Source of the DNA: Candidatus Eutrophobius brisbanensis
GTDB lineage: Bacteria; Pseudomonadota; Gammaproteobacteria; Eutrophobiales; Eutrophobiaceae
Reading direction: 5' to 3'
Assembly (NCBI GenBank): GCA_038131795.1
Contig: JAYPQE010000003.1
Location: forward strand, 1,582,630-1,646,629
DNA: 64,000 nucleotides
The notes under the pieces: model-generated
What the model was told of the DNA's origin: nothing
Databases searched by the model: none
What the model saw: only the letters and a program-made list of their open reading frames with translations
Part shown: positions 12,687 to 23,182 of the stretch, piece after piece
Layout of the letters: each line of letters starts with the position of its first letter
Numbering within the stretch: the first letter of the stretch is position 1
Position numbers and translations under genes: made by a program

Positions 12687-14582
12687 TCAGGCAGTCTCTT
12701 TTAATATAAGAGAACGTTTCTTAAGGTGAACCCGTAATAATGAAATAGCCGCCGGGGTGACACCCGGTATCCTTGCGGCCTGGCCAAGGGTATGGGGCCG
12801 CTGCTGGTTTAATTTCTGAGTGATCTCTGCAGATAGCCCCCTCACACTGGTGTAATCCAGATCATCCGGCAAGGGGTTATCTTCATCCCGTAGATTTCTA
12901 TCTATCTCTTCCTGTTGCCGTTGGATATAGCCAAAATACTTGGCCTGGATCTCCACCTGCTGAGTCACGACCAATGGTAGATCCAGATCGTCCACCACCG
13001 ACAAGTTCATTAGCTTCTGATAAGTAAACTCAGGTCTTTTTAAGACCTGCAGGAGATTGATGTCCTTTTTCAGGGGTTCCCCCATGGTCTCGAATTCTGC
13101 CACCAGTTCCGGGTTAGCAGGGGTAACCCAGATATTTTCCAACCGGTTTTTTTCCTTTTCGATGGCTTCCTGCTTGTTAACAAATTCTTTCCAGCGTGCA
13201 TCATTAACCAATCCCAGCTCCCGACCTGTTTCAGTCAACCTTAAATCCGCATTGTCTTCCCTGAGTAATAATCGGTACTCGGCCCGGCTGGTAAACATCC
13301 GGTACGGTTCAGTCGTTCCACGGGTGATAAGGTCATCAATCAATACACCGATATAGGCCTGGTCGCGGCGTGGGCTCCAGGGATCTTCTTCAAATACCAG
13401 TCTGGCAGCATTCAATCCGGCAATGAGTCCCTGGGCAGCGGCCTCTTCATATCCTGTTGTGCCGTTAATCTGCCCTGCGAAAAAGAGCCCCTTGATGAAT
13501 TTTGTTTCCAGCCAGGGCTGAAGATCACGGGGGTCAAAAAAATCATATTCGATTGCATAGCCGGGACGGGTAATCCTGGCATTTTCAAAACCGGTAATGG
13601 TCCTCACCAGGTCATATTGCACATCAAATGGCAGGCTGGTGGAAATACCATTAGGGTAGACCTCATTAGTTGTTAATCCTTCCGGTTCAATGAAGATCTG
13701 GTGTGAGGTCTTGTCGGCAAAGCGCACGATCTTGTCTTCAATGGACGGACAGTAGCGCGGTCCGGTGCTTTCAATACTGCCGTTATACATGGGAGAACGA
13801 TCCAGCGATGCCCGAATAATCTCGTGGGTGCGTTCACTGGTGTAGGTAATGTGGCAAGGGACCTGCTCCGGGTGTTCCTCAACAGACCCAAGATATGAGA
13901 AAACGGGTACTGGATCATCTCCAGGCTGTGCTTCCAGCTTAGAAAAATCAATGGTAGTGCCATCTATTCTGGGTGGCGTACCTGTCTTTAACCGGCCAAC
14001 CCGAAACGGCAACTCGCGCAAACGGTCTGCCAGACGGATGGAAGGCGGGTCGCCGGCACGTCCCCCCTGATACTTACTCTGGCCAACGTGGATCTTACCG
14101 CCCAGAAAGGTTCCCACAGTCAATACTACACAGGGGGCCATAAAGCGCAGGCCAATCTGGGTGACAACACCCTTAACTGCTTCGCCTTCCACCACCAGGT
14201 CATCAACGGCCTGTTGAAATACATGGAGGTTGGGATGGGACTCAAGAAATGGCCGAACGACTCCCTTATATAAGGTGCGGTCAATCTGTGCCCGCGTGGC
14301 CCTGACCGCGGCCCCTTTGCGGGAGTTCAGGATCCGAAACTGAATCCCGCTTTTGTCCGCCGCTGAGGCCATCAAACCACCCATAGCATCGATCTCTTTG
14401 ACCAGGTGGCCCTTGCCAATACCACCAATGGCCGGATTACAGGACATCTGGCCCAGGGTCTCGATACTCTGAGTTAACAGTAAGGTATTCGCCCCCATAC
14501 GTGCGGCCGCCAAGGCGGCCTCGGTGCCGGCATGACCGCCACCCACCACGATAACATCATAATTTTCAGGATAATCTCGCAT
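12687..14582 (-). CDS. mnmG: tRNA uridine 5-carboxymethylaminomethyl modification enzyme MnmG (GidA)
   Basis: 631 aa with FAD motif [12 protein letters not shown]. Confidence 0.97.
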   Translation of the reverse strand: MRDYPENYDVIVVGGGHAGTEAALAAARMGANTLLLTQSIETLGQMSCNPAIGGIGKGHLVKEIDAMGGLMASAADKSGIQFRILNSRKGAAVRATRAQIDRTLYKGVVRPFLESHPNLHVFQQAVDDLVVEGEAVKGVVTQIGLRFMAPCVVLTVGTFLGGKIHVGQSKYQGGRAGDPPSIRLADRLRELPFRVGRLKTGTPPRIDGTTIDFSKLEAQPGDDPVPVFSYLGSVEEHPEQVPCHITYTSERTHEIIRASLDRSPMYNGSIESTGPRYCPSIEDKIVRFADKTSHQIFIEPEGLTTNEVYPNGISTSLPFDVQYDLVRTITGFENARITRPGYAIEYDFFDPRDLQPWLETKFIKGLFFAGQINGTTGYEEAAAQGLIAGLNAARLVFEEDPWSPRRDQAYIGVLIDDLITRGTTEPYRMFTSRAEYRLLLREDNADLRLTETGRELGLVNDARWKEFVNKQEAIEKEKNRLENIWVTPANPELVAEFETMGEPLKKDINLLQVLKRPEFTYQKLMNLSVVDDLDLPLVVTQQVEIQAKYFGYIQRQQEEIDRNLRDEDNPLPDDLDYTSVRGLSAEITQKLNQQRPHTLGQAARIPGVTPAAISLLRVHLKKRSLILKETA

Positions 14583-14648
14583 AGGGCGCGTATTTTACTG
14601 ATATAAAGGTATTTTGTTTACCTTTTTCCGCGCGTTGGGGAAATGGTA

Positions 14649-15197
14649 CTACTTATTATAACTACTCTGGGATTTGATCAGGCTGTCTTTGTTGCCTACA
14701 TAGTGCTCCCAGGAATATTCAATGAAGAATTTTTCCTTGTCACCAAGGGGTCTGATCTGTTTCACCGGGGACCCTACATATAAGTATCCACTCTCCAGGC
14801 GTTTACCCATGGGCACCAGGCTACCGGCACCGATCATGACATTGTCTTCTACGACAACACCATCCAGGACACTGGATCCCATTCCTACCAGGCAATTATT
14901 GCCGATGGTACAGGCATGCAGTAATGCCTTATGTCCTACAGTTACGTTCTCGCCAATGATGCAGGGGATGCCCTCCGGAGTAAATTTATTGGGGCTGGCA
15001 ATATGCAATACCGTGCCATCCTGCACATTGGACCTGGCACCAATTACAATGGCCTGATCATCACCACGCGCGACCACGCAAGGGAAGACCAGGGCGTCCT
15101 CACCTATGGTCACATCACCAATGATAACGGCGGACTCATCTACGTAAGCAGACTCTGCGATGGTAGGAGATTTATGGAGGAAGTTTCTGATTGTCAT
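14649..15197 (-). CDS. Gamma carbonic anhydrase family / hexapeptide-repeat protein (YrdA-like)
   Basis: 182 aa with left-handed beta-helix repeats and a conserved His pattern (HKALLHAC). Confidence 0.8.
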   Translation of the reverse strand: MTIRNFLHKSPTIAESAYVDESAVIIGDVTIGEDALVFPCVVARGDDQAIVIGARSNVQDGTVLHIASPNKFTPEGIPCIIGENVTVGHKALLHACTIGNNCLVGMGSSVLDGVVVEDNVMIGAGSLVPMGKRLESGYLYVGSPVKQIRPLGDKEKFFIEYSWEHYVGNKDSLIKSQSSYNK

Positions 15198-15236
15198 TAT
15201 AAAATCCTTATGAATTTACTAGCATATAGTTCTCAC

Positions 15237-15812
15237 CTACATTATATCAAAAGAAGCCCTGTAGGTAGTCCACCTTGCATTTTCATCAGGGCCAAGTGAC
15301 AAATACGATTCATGCTCTGTAATTAATCCTACATTTTCCCCCAAGGCGTTACTGCCATAACTACTCCAGGGATAATCAGCCGGGTGTTTTACTACTCCGG
15401 ACCTGACAGGCAGGGTCTCGATATAGCGATAGTAAGGAACCAGACTGGTATGCAAATTTAACTTCTCTATTTTTAATTCCAGATCCAATAAATGATGTAC
15501 ACGTCTGTTAGTAAAATTAAAATAAGAGACATAACCTTGTAACACCTCATCAAATACTCTTTCGATTTCCTGATATGACTGAATGGAGATTAGGAGTTGC
15601 ACATAATCTGACAGCAATACAAAAGCATGCAGGTAAAAGTCAAATCTGACAGCATAATTATACAACAGAGTCAGAAATTGATGATAATGAGGTTCTTCAA
15701 TAAAATATTTACGCCTGGAATAATCCTGGATTTTAATTATATATGATGCCGGCTCATTTAAATTAGATAATCCTTTATCCATTAGATTCCTCCTTGATGT
15801 ATTTACAATCAA
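15237..15812 (-). CDS. IS200/RAYT-like (Y1 HUH transposase fold) protein with a degenerate HUH motif
   Basis: 191 aa with an AAGGAGG RBS. HAFVLLSDYVQLLI aligns to the family A(Y)xLMxNHxHLL block. YYRYIETLPVRSGVVKHPADYPWSSY matches the YIhxNPVraglV...YpWSS C-terminal block. Confidence 0.6.
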   Translation of the reverse strand: MIVNTSRRNLMDKGLSNLNEPASYIIKIQDYSRRKYFIEEPHYHQFLTLLYNYAVRFDFYLHAFVLLSDYVQLLISIQSYQEIERVFDEVLQGYVSYFNFTNRRVHHLLDLELKIEKLNLHTSLVPYYRYIETLPVRSGVVKHPADYPWSSYGSNALGENVGLITEHESYLSLGPDENARWTTYRASFDIM

Positions 15813-15987
15813 CCTAAAATTTATTGATTATTTATCTGTCGTTTTTGCAATCACCATCTCTCCAGCTGTCCAGTTTTCAAATCGTGGTGCAGCGCATACA
15901 TTTTCCGGTCCCTCCTGGTGTCGGTAGGTAACCAGATATGTATACTTACCTGAAAATTTGTCATATCCATGAGACCATTGTCTACCA

Positions 15988-16554
15988 TTAATTAATTAAT
16001 ACAAATGTATCCGCAACAATGTCCCGAAAATCATATTCCTGATCAGACTCAAATCCACGCAATAGAACCTGATCTCCATTATCTGGCTGTTCCTCAAATG
16101 TAATTTCTACTGCATAAACAATGGCGGTACAGGCTGTAACCCCGGTAACCAATCTATTTACTATTCCACCTGGAGAAGTATCAAAAACTGATGCTGCAAT
16201 TACAGGTTCATATCCAACCTCCCCTCTTTGACCATCGAATATGAGTAAATAAGGGTCTTCCTTATCCGGACTGACATCTTCCGGTTTTGAAGCTACCAGG
16301 TGCAGTGATTCATTCACTCCCAAATGAGACCCCGCTCCTTCGATAGCTACATCAAGAATTTCTTTTCGCTCGCCATCTACTGCATCATAGTAAAGTTCAA
16401 ACTTGCCATTGGAAAATACATTTCCGGCTGTCGATATATTTCTTGCTGTTACCAATATCTCATCATCGTTTTTTTCCACGGCTTCTATTACCTCCAGCCT
16501 GCTTCCAAAAAAATGGTTTATTAGACCCGCGCTATAGGCAACAGCGCGGGACAA
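15988..16554 (-). CDS. Hypothetical protein; TTG start is uncertain, and it may be a fragment of a larger disrupted gene
   Basis: 188-aa ORF. Its frame stays open upstream to about 16770. A protein-like frame continues downstream to a stop at 15828 after a +1 shift in (TTAA)3. Confidence 0.4.
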   Translation of the reverse strand: MSRAVAYSAGLINHFFGSRLEVIEAVEKNDDEILVTARNISTAGNVFSNGKFELYYDAVDGERKEILDVAIEGAGSHLGVNESLHLVASKPEDVSPDKEDPYLLIFDGQRGEVGYEPVIAASVFDTSPGGIVNRLVTGVTACTAIVYAVEITFEEQPDNGDQVLLRGFESDQEYDFRDIVADTFVLIN

Positions 16555-16709
16555 TAAAAAAGGATAACCTGACTCAAAATTAAAGCGATTAAGTGAAGTG
16601 AGTCGCTTTATGATATATGTCGATAAAAAGGTATTAGTGATCTCAATATTTCGAGACCGTAATTCTGCATCAAAGATTGATAACGTACTGGCACGAAAAT
16701 TGGCAGAGG

Positions 16710-17186
16710 TTACTGAGCTGTAATTATCAACAATTTCATTCTGGATGAACAGGTAAGCTGATCCCCATCCGGGTCAATAGCAAACACAGGATAAACATAG
16801 GATTCATCACCATTGACCCTGTTTAATGGAGCGGACAGTATTATTGGTTGCTGGTTAGGCTCTGGTATTACCGTTTCCGGGTATGTCACATCGGTAACAT
16901 CTTCCTCCATAATCTCAATAATTTCCGGATCCGGGTATATCTCATCAGTAGTATCAACTTGAGTGGTCTCAATATTTTCTGGATCGGGATGTACCACCTC
17001 AGTAGTATCCTCCTGTAATGCTTCAACATTTAATGCCTGATTATTTTCAATCAATTGTTGAGAAAATGGCGTATCATCCTGCCGGGCACATCCGAGGAAG
17101 AGGAGGATGGTGCCCAGCAGGCAATACGCAATACCCAGTTTACCGCTTCTGCCGATTTTTATAGGGTGGTGTCTTCCATGACACAT
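16710..17186 (-). CDS. Putative lipoprotein with acidic tandem repeats and a truncated cadherin/Ig-like segment
   Basis: It has a signal peptide with lipobox LFLG-C. Repeats TTEVVHPDPENIE / TTDEIYPDPEIIE / VTDVTYPETVIPE follow. YVYPVFAIDPDGDQLTCS resembles the start of a cadherin-like/He_PIG domain that then stops abruptly. Confidence 0.5.
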   Translation of the reverse strand: MCHGRHHPIKIGRSGKLGIAYCLLGTILLFLGCARQDDTPFSQQLIENNQALNVEALQEDTTEVVHPDPENIETTQVDTTDEIYPDPEIIEIMEEDVTDVTYPETVIPEPNQQPIILSAPLNRVNGDESYVYPVFAIDPDGDQLTCSSRMKLLIITAQ

Positions 17187-17332
17187 AGTTAGTCCCTTAA
17201 CTCACGTTCTTATTTCCGTGAAATAAAGATAGATCTGGATAAATGAAATGTAATCACCTAAATAGGTGAGGTAAGATATAAATATCTAAAAATTTGTTCA
17301 GAACAGCTATTTTGTGAATAAAAAAATAACCA

Positions 17333-18748
17333 ATGGTTCTAAATAAAGAAAAAATTACTAGCTATATTGATCAATGCTGGGCCGATTCCGTCATCCCGGA
17401 ATTAGTTAACTACATCCGCATCCCCAACAAGTCCCCGTACTTTGATCCTGACTGGCAGGAAAACGGTTACATGGACCAGGTGGTGGATCAGTTCGTGGCC
17501 TGGATCGAAAAGCAGGAAGTTAAAGGGTTATCACTGGAAGTGGTGAGGCTGGAAGGGCGTACTCCCTTAATCTATATGGATGTCCCCGGTATGGGTGAGG
17601 ACGTGGTGGTGCTGTACGGTCACCTGGACAAGCAACCGGAGATGATGGGCTGGCGCGATGGTCTGGGCCCCTGGGAGCCGATCCTGGAGGGGGACAAACT
17701 TTATGGCCGCGGCGGTGCCGATGATGGTTATGCCACCTTTGCCTCCATACTGGCCATCAAGACGTTACAGGAACAGGGAGTACCTCATCCCCATTGCAAG
17801 GTCATCATCGAGGCTTGTGAGGAATCGGGCAGTTATGACCTGCCCTATTATATTGATGCCTTGAGTGATCGTATCGGTTCACCCAAACTGGTGATCTGTC
17901 TGGATTCAGGATGCGGAAATTATGATCAACTCTGGAACACCACCTCACTGCGCGGCCTGATCGGCGGCGAGTTGAAAGTGGAAATCCTTACAGAGGGTGT
18001 GCACTCCGGAGATGCCAGTGGGGTTGTACCCTCCAGCTTCAGGGTACTGCGAAAAATATTAGATCGCATCGACCACCCGGAGACCGGTGTGGTCTCAGCG
18101 CATAAATTTAATGAACCCATTCCGGAAAAACGGATCAAGCAGGCTACGGTGGCCGCGTCCGTTCTGGGAGACTCAGTCTATTCCCGGTTTCCTTTTGTCT
18201 CCGGTGTCACCCCGGTCATCAAGAACCCTACCGAGTTGATTTTAAATCGTACCTGGCGGCCGTTCCTCACCATTACCGGTGCAGACGGCATACCGTCTAT
18301 CGCCAATGCGGGAAATGTTCTGCGTCCCTACTCTTCAGTCAAACTGTCTCTCAGATTACCACCTACCTGTAATGCCACAGAGGCGACCCATGCCTTAAAA
18401 GATCTGGTGGAGGCCAACCCGCCCTATGGTGCAAAGGTAACATTTACTCCGGACTGGGAGGCCACCGGCTGGCATGCCCCGGAAATGGCAAAGTGGCTGG
18501 AGGAGGCCATTACCCAGGCATCAACAAATTACTTCGGCAAACCGGCGGTACACATGGGCGAAGGCGGCACCATACCGTTTATGGGGATGCTGGGAGAGAA
18601 GTTTCCCGATGCGCAGTTCTTGATAACCGGTGTTCTGGGCCCCCATTCCAATGCCCATGGCCCTAATGAGTTCCTGCATATTCCCACCGCAAAAAAACTC
18701 ACCTGCTGTGTGGCAGAGGTACTGGCAATTTCTTTACATCAATCTTGA
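17333..18748 (+). CDS. M20 family metallopeptidase (dipeptidase-like)
   Basis: 471 aa. VLYGHLDKQP and YGRGGADDGYA are typical M20 metal-binding blocks. Confidence 0.85.
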   Translation: MVLNKEKITSYIDQCWADSVIPELVNYIRIPNKSPYFDPDWQENGYMDQVVDQFVAWIEKQEVKGLSLEVVRLEGRTPLIYMDVPGMGEDVVVLYGHLDKQPEMMGWRDGLGPWEPILEGDKLYGRGGADDGYATFASILAIKTLQEQGVPHPHCKVIIEACEESGSYDLPYYIDALSDRIGSPKLVICLDSGCGNYDQLWNTTSLRGLIGGELKVEILTEGVHSGDASGVVPSSFRVLRKILDRIDHPETGVVSAHKFNEPIPEKRIKQATVAASVLGDSVYSRFPFVSGVTPVIKNPTELILNRTWRPFLTITGADGIPSIANAGNVLRPYSSVKLSLRLPPTCNATEATHALKDLVEANPPYGAKVTFTPDWEATGWHAPEMAKWLEEAITQASTNYFGKPAVHMGEGGTIPFMGMLGEKFPDAQFLITGVLGPHSNAHGPNEFLHIPTAKKLTCCVAEVLAISLHQS

Positions 18749-18808
18749 TTATTAGAGATGATTTATTCGTTGGTATAATTCATAAATTATTTACTTACAG
18801 GAAATCCT

Positions 18809-19666
18809 ATGAAAACAGGAGTCATTGGTTTAGGAGTTATGGGGGGTGCCATGGCACTCAATCTTCACAAGGCCGGTATGTTGCACCAGGTCTGGAACCG
18901 AACTTCCGGCAAGGCTGATGACATTGCCACGCAAACCGGTGTGACGGCGGCAGAATCTATCTCCTCACTGGCCAGTGAATGTGATGCGATCATTGTTTGT
19001 GTCTCAAGAGATGAAGACGTCATGGAAGTTATCAATCAGATTGCCAGGGCTCTCAAACCCGGCACCACGGTAATCGATACCTCCACGGTGAGTCGTGAGA
19101 CAGCGATACAGGCAGCTGACATAATTAAGGGCAAGGGAGGGGAATTTCTGGACTGCCCGGTGACCGGGGGATCGGAGGGGGCAAAGAATGCGACCTTGTC
19201 TATTATGGTGGGGGGTGATGAGGAAACATTAAATAATGTAAGAAATGTCCTGGCTGCCATTGGCAAAAAGATAATCCATATCGGGCCCACTGGCAGCGGC
19301 CAGGCCTGTAAGGCAGTAAACCAGGTGATCTGTGCCGGGGTCAACGAGGCAGTAACAGAGGGACTGGCCTTTGGCGATGCCCTGGAACTGAATATGGACC
19401 GGGTGTTGGAGGCCATTTCTGCCGGTGCAGCCGGCAACTGGTTTATGGACCACCGCGGCAAGACCATGCTGGCAGGCACGTATACCCCGGGATTTAAACT
19501 GAAATTGCACCTCAAAGACCTGGATATCTGCCTGGACATGGCAGACAAGTTACCCGGATTTGACCTGACCCTGACCGATGTCACCGCTAGAGACTATGAA
19601 AAACTGGTACAAATGGGCCATGGCGAGGAAGATATTTCTACCCTTTTCCGCTTGAAAAAGGCATAA
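18809..19666 (+). CDS. NAD(P)-dependent oxidoreductase, 3-hydroxyisobutyrate dehydrogenase family
   Basis: 285 aa with Rossmann motif GVIGLGVMGGAMALNL and the family catalytic Lys region (GSGQACKAVNQ). Confidence 0.85.
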   Translation: MKTGVIGLGVMGGAMALNLHKAGMLHQVWNRTSGKADDIATQTGVTAAESISSLASECDAIIVCVSRDEDVMEVINQIARALKPGTTVIDTSTVSRETAIQAADIIKGKGGEFLDCPVTGGSEGAKNATLSIMVGGDEETLNNVRNVLAAIGKKIIHIGPTGSGQACKAVNQVICAGVNEAVTEGLAFGDALELNMDRVLEAISAGAAGNWFMDHRGKTMLAGTYTPGFKLKLHLKDLDICLDMADKLPGFDLTLTDVTARDYEKLVQMGHGEEDISTLFRLKKA

Positions 19667-19809
19667 GCGCTCATACATTAAATTCCCGGAACAATTTTTA
19701 GCCGTTTTGGTCATTTAAGAAAATTGACGAAAAGGCAAAGATATGGAAAATATCGCGCCTTGTAGAGCTTCTGCTATTACTGAATAATAAAATAAAAAAA
19801 GGACATAAA

Positions 19810-20559
19810 GTGGTAACAGATAACTTAAAACCTGCAATTGAGGTTAAGAACCTGGACCGGTATTTCGGTCCCATACACGCCGTTCGGGACATCAGTTTTT
19901 CCATAAACCAGGGTGAAGTCCTGGGTTTTCTTGGACCTAACGGTGCCGGTAAATCCACAACCATGAAGATGATCACGGGTTTTTTAGAGCCCAGTGGCGG
20001 CATGGTTAAAGTCAACGGCCACAACGTGGTGGATGAACCCATCAAGGTCAAACAGGCCATTGGCTACCTGCCCGAAGGTGCGCCATCTTATGGTGAGATG
20101 CAGGTTCGGGACTTCCTGTTATTCGTCGCCGAGATCCGTGGCCTTGCTGGCACCACTAAAGAGCAGCGTGTAGATGAAGTCATTAAAGAGATCAACCTGG
20201 ATGGTGTCGTCAATCAGACCATCGAAACATTGTCCAAGGGCTACAGGCGCCGGGTAGGGGTAGCGCAATCCATCCTCCATGATCCTGAGATCCTGATCAT
20301 GGATGAACCCACCGACGGTCTGGACCCCAATCAGAAACATGAAGTTAGAAAGCTTATACAGGACATGTCCAGGAACAAGGCCATAATCATCTCCACACAT
20401 ATCCTCGAAGAAGTGGATGCGGTATGTACCCGGGCCATTATAATCGCCAAGGGCAAGTTATTGTTTGATGGCACTCCCCAGGAGTTAAGATCAAAATCAT
20501 CCAGTAATGATATCGATGATGCTTTCAGGAATATAACCACCGCAAGCGAGGTGGCCTGA
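19810..20559 (+). CDS. ABC transporter ATP-binding protein (ABC-2/GldA-like)
   Basis: GTG start after AGGA. It has Walker A GPNGAGKST, signature LSKGYRRRV and Walker B LIMDEPTDGLD. Confidence 0.9.
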   Translation: MVTDNLKPAIEVKNLDRYFGPIHAVRDISFSINQGEVLGFLGPNGAGKSTTMKMITGFLEPSGGMVKVNGHNVVDEPIKVKQAIGYLPEGAPSYGEMQVRDFLLFVAEIRGLAGTTKEQRVDEVIKEINLDGVVNQTIETLSKGYRRRVGVAQSILHDPEILIMDEPTDGLDPNQKHEVRKLIQDMSRNKAIIISTHILEEVDAVCTRAIIIAKGKLLFDGTPQELRSKSSSNDIDDAFRNITTASEVA

Positions 20560-20560
20560 T

Positions 20561-21295
20561 ATGAATAATATAATTGCCATCTTGAAACGCGAACTGTACG
20601 GATATTTTGCCACTCCCGTTGCCTATGTATTCATTGTCATCTTCCTGTTTCTTTCGGGACTGTTTACCTTTTATATGGGTGGATTCTACGAACGAAACCA
20701 GGCAGACCTCATGGCCTTTTTCAGCTTTCATCCCATACTGTACCTGTTTTTGATCCCGGCCATTTCCATGCGTCTGTGGTCGGAAGAAAGAAAGAGCGGG
20801 ACCATCGAGCTGATGTTGACCCTGCCGGTCACCACCATGGATGCCGTCATTGGCAAGTTCCTGGCGGCCTGGGTCTTTGCCGGCGTGGCCCTGGCCCTGA
20901 CCTTCCCCATCTGGATTACGGTGAATTATCTCGGGGACCCGGACAATATGGTGATTCTTGCCAGCTATATCGGCAGTTTCCTCATGGCAGGCGGGTTTCT
21001 TGCAATTGGTTCGTGTATTTCAGCCTTGACCAAGAGTCAGGTCATCGCCTTTGTGGTCAGCGTGGTGATCTGTTTTCTGTTTTACGTCAGCGGTACACCG
21101 ATCGTACTGAATTTCTTTACTGGCTGGGCGCCGTCTGCACTTGTCAATGCAGTTTCAGCCATGAGTGTATTGTCCCATGCAGACTCCATTCAAAAAGGCA
21201 TTATTGATATTCGTGACATTATCTATTTTGCGGTACTGATCGCATTCTGGTTGTATGCCAATGTCATCACCATCGAAGCGAAAAAGGCAGGTTAA
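20561..21295 (+). CDS. ABC-2 type transporter permease (GldF-like)
   Basis: 244 aa, polytopic. Its start lies 1 nt after the ATPase stop. Confidence 0.8.
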   Translation: MNNIIAILKRELYGYFATPVAYVFIVIFLFLSGLFTFYMGGFYERNQADLMAFFSFHPILYLFLIPAISMRLWSEERKSGTIELMLTLPVTTMDAVIGKFLAAWVFAGVALALTFPIWITVNYLGDPDNMVILASYIGSFLMAGGFLAIGSCISALTKSQVIAFVVSVVICFLFYVSGTPIVLNFFTGWAPSALVNAVSAMSVLSHADSIQKGIIDIRDIIYFAVLIAFWLYANVITIEAKKAG

Positions 21296-21298
21296 GCT

Positions 21299-23176
21299 AT
21301 GAACAAAAAAGTCTTACTCTCCGGAACAGGGGTAGCTGTGGCAGCGGTACTGGCTTCTGCTGTCATCATACTTGCCAATACCACCTTTACCAATTTTCGA
21401 CTGGACCTTACTGAAAATAAACTATTTACCCTCTCGGAAGGGACCTTGAATATTCTCCAGGGACTGCCTGAACCGATCACCCTGGATTATTACGTCTCCA
21501 AGAAGTTGATGACGGACGTACCGCAGCTACAAAGTTATGCCAATCGGGTCCATGATTTGCTGGATGAATATGTGGCCAAGTCCAATGGCAACATCCGTCT
21601 GAATGTCATCGAACCGGAACCCTTTTCTGAAGAGGAAGACCGCGCCGTGGCAGAAGGTATGCAGGGTGCTCCCATCAATGCTGCAGGGGATCAGGCCTTC
21701 TTTGGACTGGTGGGGACCAATTCCATTGATGACCAGGAGACTATCCCCTTCTTTCAGAACAACCGTGAAGAAAAACTGGAATATGACCTGACCAAGCTCA
21801 TCTATAACCTGGCTAATCCCGAAAAGCGTACCATTGGGGTGATTAGTCAACTGCCTGTGTTTGGAAATTTCATCCCCGGTATGACCCAGGAATGGGCCAT
21901 CTCGTCAGTGGTATCAGAATTTTTTGATGTGCGTACCCTGGACTCTGCGCTGGAAATAAATCAGGACCTGGACCTGTTACTCATTGTTCACCCTGAATAC
22001 TTGAGCGATGTCACCCTGTTCGCCATTGACCAGTATTTACTCGCTGGCGGTAAGGCCATGATCTTTGTCGATCCCTTTGCCGAGGGCGACATTATTCCGC
22101 CAAACCCGCAGGATCCCTATGGAGTGGAAACCAAATTTTCGGATATGAATGATCTGTTCTCAGCATGGGGAATCGATGTACTGGATGGTCAGGTGGCGGC
22201 GGATCTGCAATCGGCCATGCGGGTGCAATTGCGGACAACCCGGGGATTTGAAGAGACCAATTACCTGCCCTGGGTAAAATTCGATGAAGACAATTTAAAC
22301 CAGGAAGATTTCGTCACCAGCGAACTCAATGTTATCAACATGGGGTCAGCCGGTATTATTGAAACAAAAGACGGCGCAACGGTTACAGTTACCCCACTTT
22401 TTCAGACATCCGCTGAATCCATGAAAATGCCATCGGCATTACTGGAATTTCAGAGTGAACCCGGGCAAATGCTATCAGGATTTGAATCAGAGAATACTGC
22501 ATTTACCGTGGCGGCAAGACTGGAAGGTGCTGTTAATTCTGCCTTTCCTGACGGTATGCCTGAGCTAGATGAAAATAATCCCTTTGATGAACAGTATGTG
22601 CCACCGGCAGAGCCACTGACCATGGGCGTACTGAATGTCATCCTGGTGGCAGATACCGATATCCTCAACGATGAATTCTGGATCAGCAGGCAAAATTTTT
22701 TCGGCGTCGCCATTCCACAACCCATCGCCGATAACGGAAATTTTGTGGTCAACTCCCTCGAGCATATGTCCGGTAGTTCTGATCTCATCAGCCTGAGAAA
22801 CCGTGGCGAATACCAACGTCCATTTGATGTCGTCAATGATATCAAACGCAATGCAGAGGCCCAGTTTCGCCAGCAAGAACAGATGCTGGAGGCCAAACTG
22901 GAAGAAACCGAGCAAAAGATTGCGGAATTACAGCAGGAACGTACAGGCAATGAATTACTACTCAGTCCGGAGCAGGAACAGGCCATTGAAAACTTCCGCC
23001 TTGAGCAGTTGAATACCCGCAAGGAACTCCGTGCAGTGCAATTTGAGTTACAACGTAATGTGGAACGTCTGGGTACCATATTAAAATTCATCAACATCGG
23101 TCTGGTGCCCCTGTTAATCGGTATCATCGCCGTGACCATGGGAATGCTACGGACCAGACAAAAAACAGAAAGCTAA
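21299..23176 (+). CDS. GldG-like ABC-transport auxiliary component
   Basis: 625 aa with an N-terminal TM helix, a large extracytoplasmic domain, a coiled-coil and a C-terminal TM helix. It has the typical position after GldA/GldF-like genes. Confidence 0.7.
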   Translation: MNKKVLLSGTGVAVAAVLASAVIILANTTFTNFRLDLTENKLFTLSEGTLNILQGLPEPITLDYYVSKKLMTDVPQLQSYANRVHDLLDEYVAKSNGNIRLNVIEPEPFSEEEDRAVAEGMQGAPINAAGDQAFFGLVGTNSIDDQETIPFFQNNREEKLEYDLTKLIYNLANPEKRTIGVISQLPVFGNFIPGMTQEWAISSVVSEFFDVRTLDSALEINQDLDLLLIVHPEYLSDVTLFAIDQYLLAGGKAMIFVDPFAEGDIIPPNPQDPYGVETKFSDMNDLFSAWGIDVLDGQVAADLQSAMRVQLRTTRGFEETNYLPWVKFDEDNLNQEDFVTSELNVINMGSAGIIETKDGATVTVTPLFQTSAESMKMPSALLEFQSEPGQMLSGFESENTAFTVAARLEGAVNSAFPDGMPELDENNPFDEQYVPPAEPLTMGVLNVILVADTDILNDEFWISRQNFFGVAIPQPIADNGNFVVNSLEHMSGSSDLISLRNRGEYQRPFDVVNDIKRNAEAQFRQQEQMLEAKLEETEQKIAELQQERTGNELLLSPEQEQAIENFRLEQLNTRKELRAVQFELQRNVERLGTILKFINIGLVPLLIGIIAVTMGMLRTRQKTES

Positions 23177-23182
23177 ACGACC

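Noticed and set aside
19698-20060. 120-aa minus-strand ORF overlapping the 5' end of the ABC ATPase gene.
   Set aside because: It is antisense to a gene with clear Walker A, signature and Walker B motifs. Its product is low-complexity and it has no RBS.
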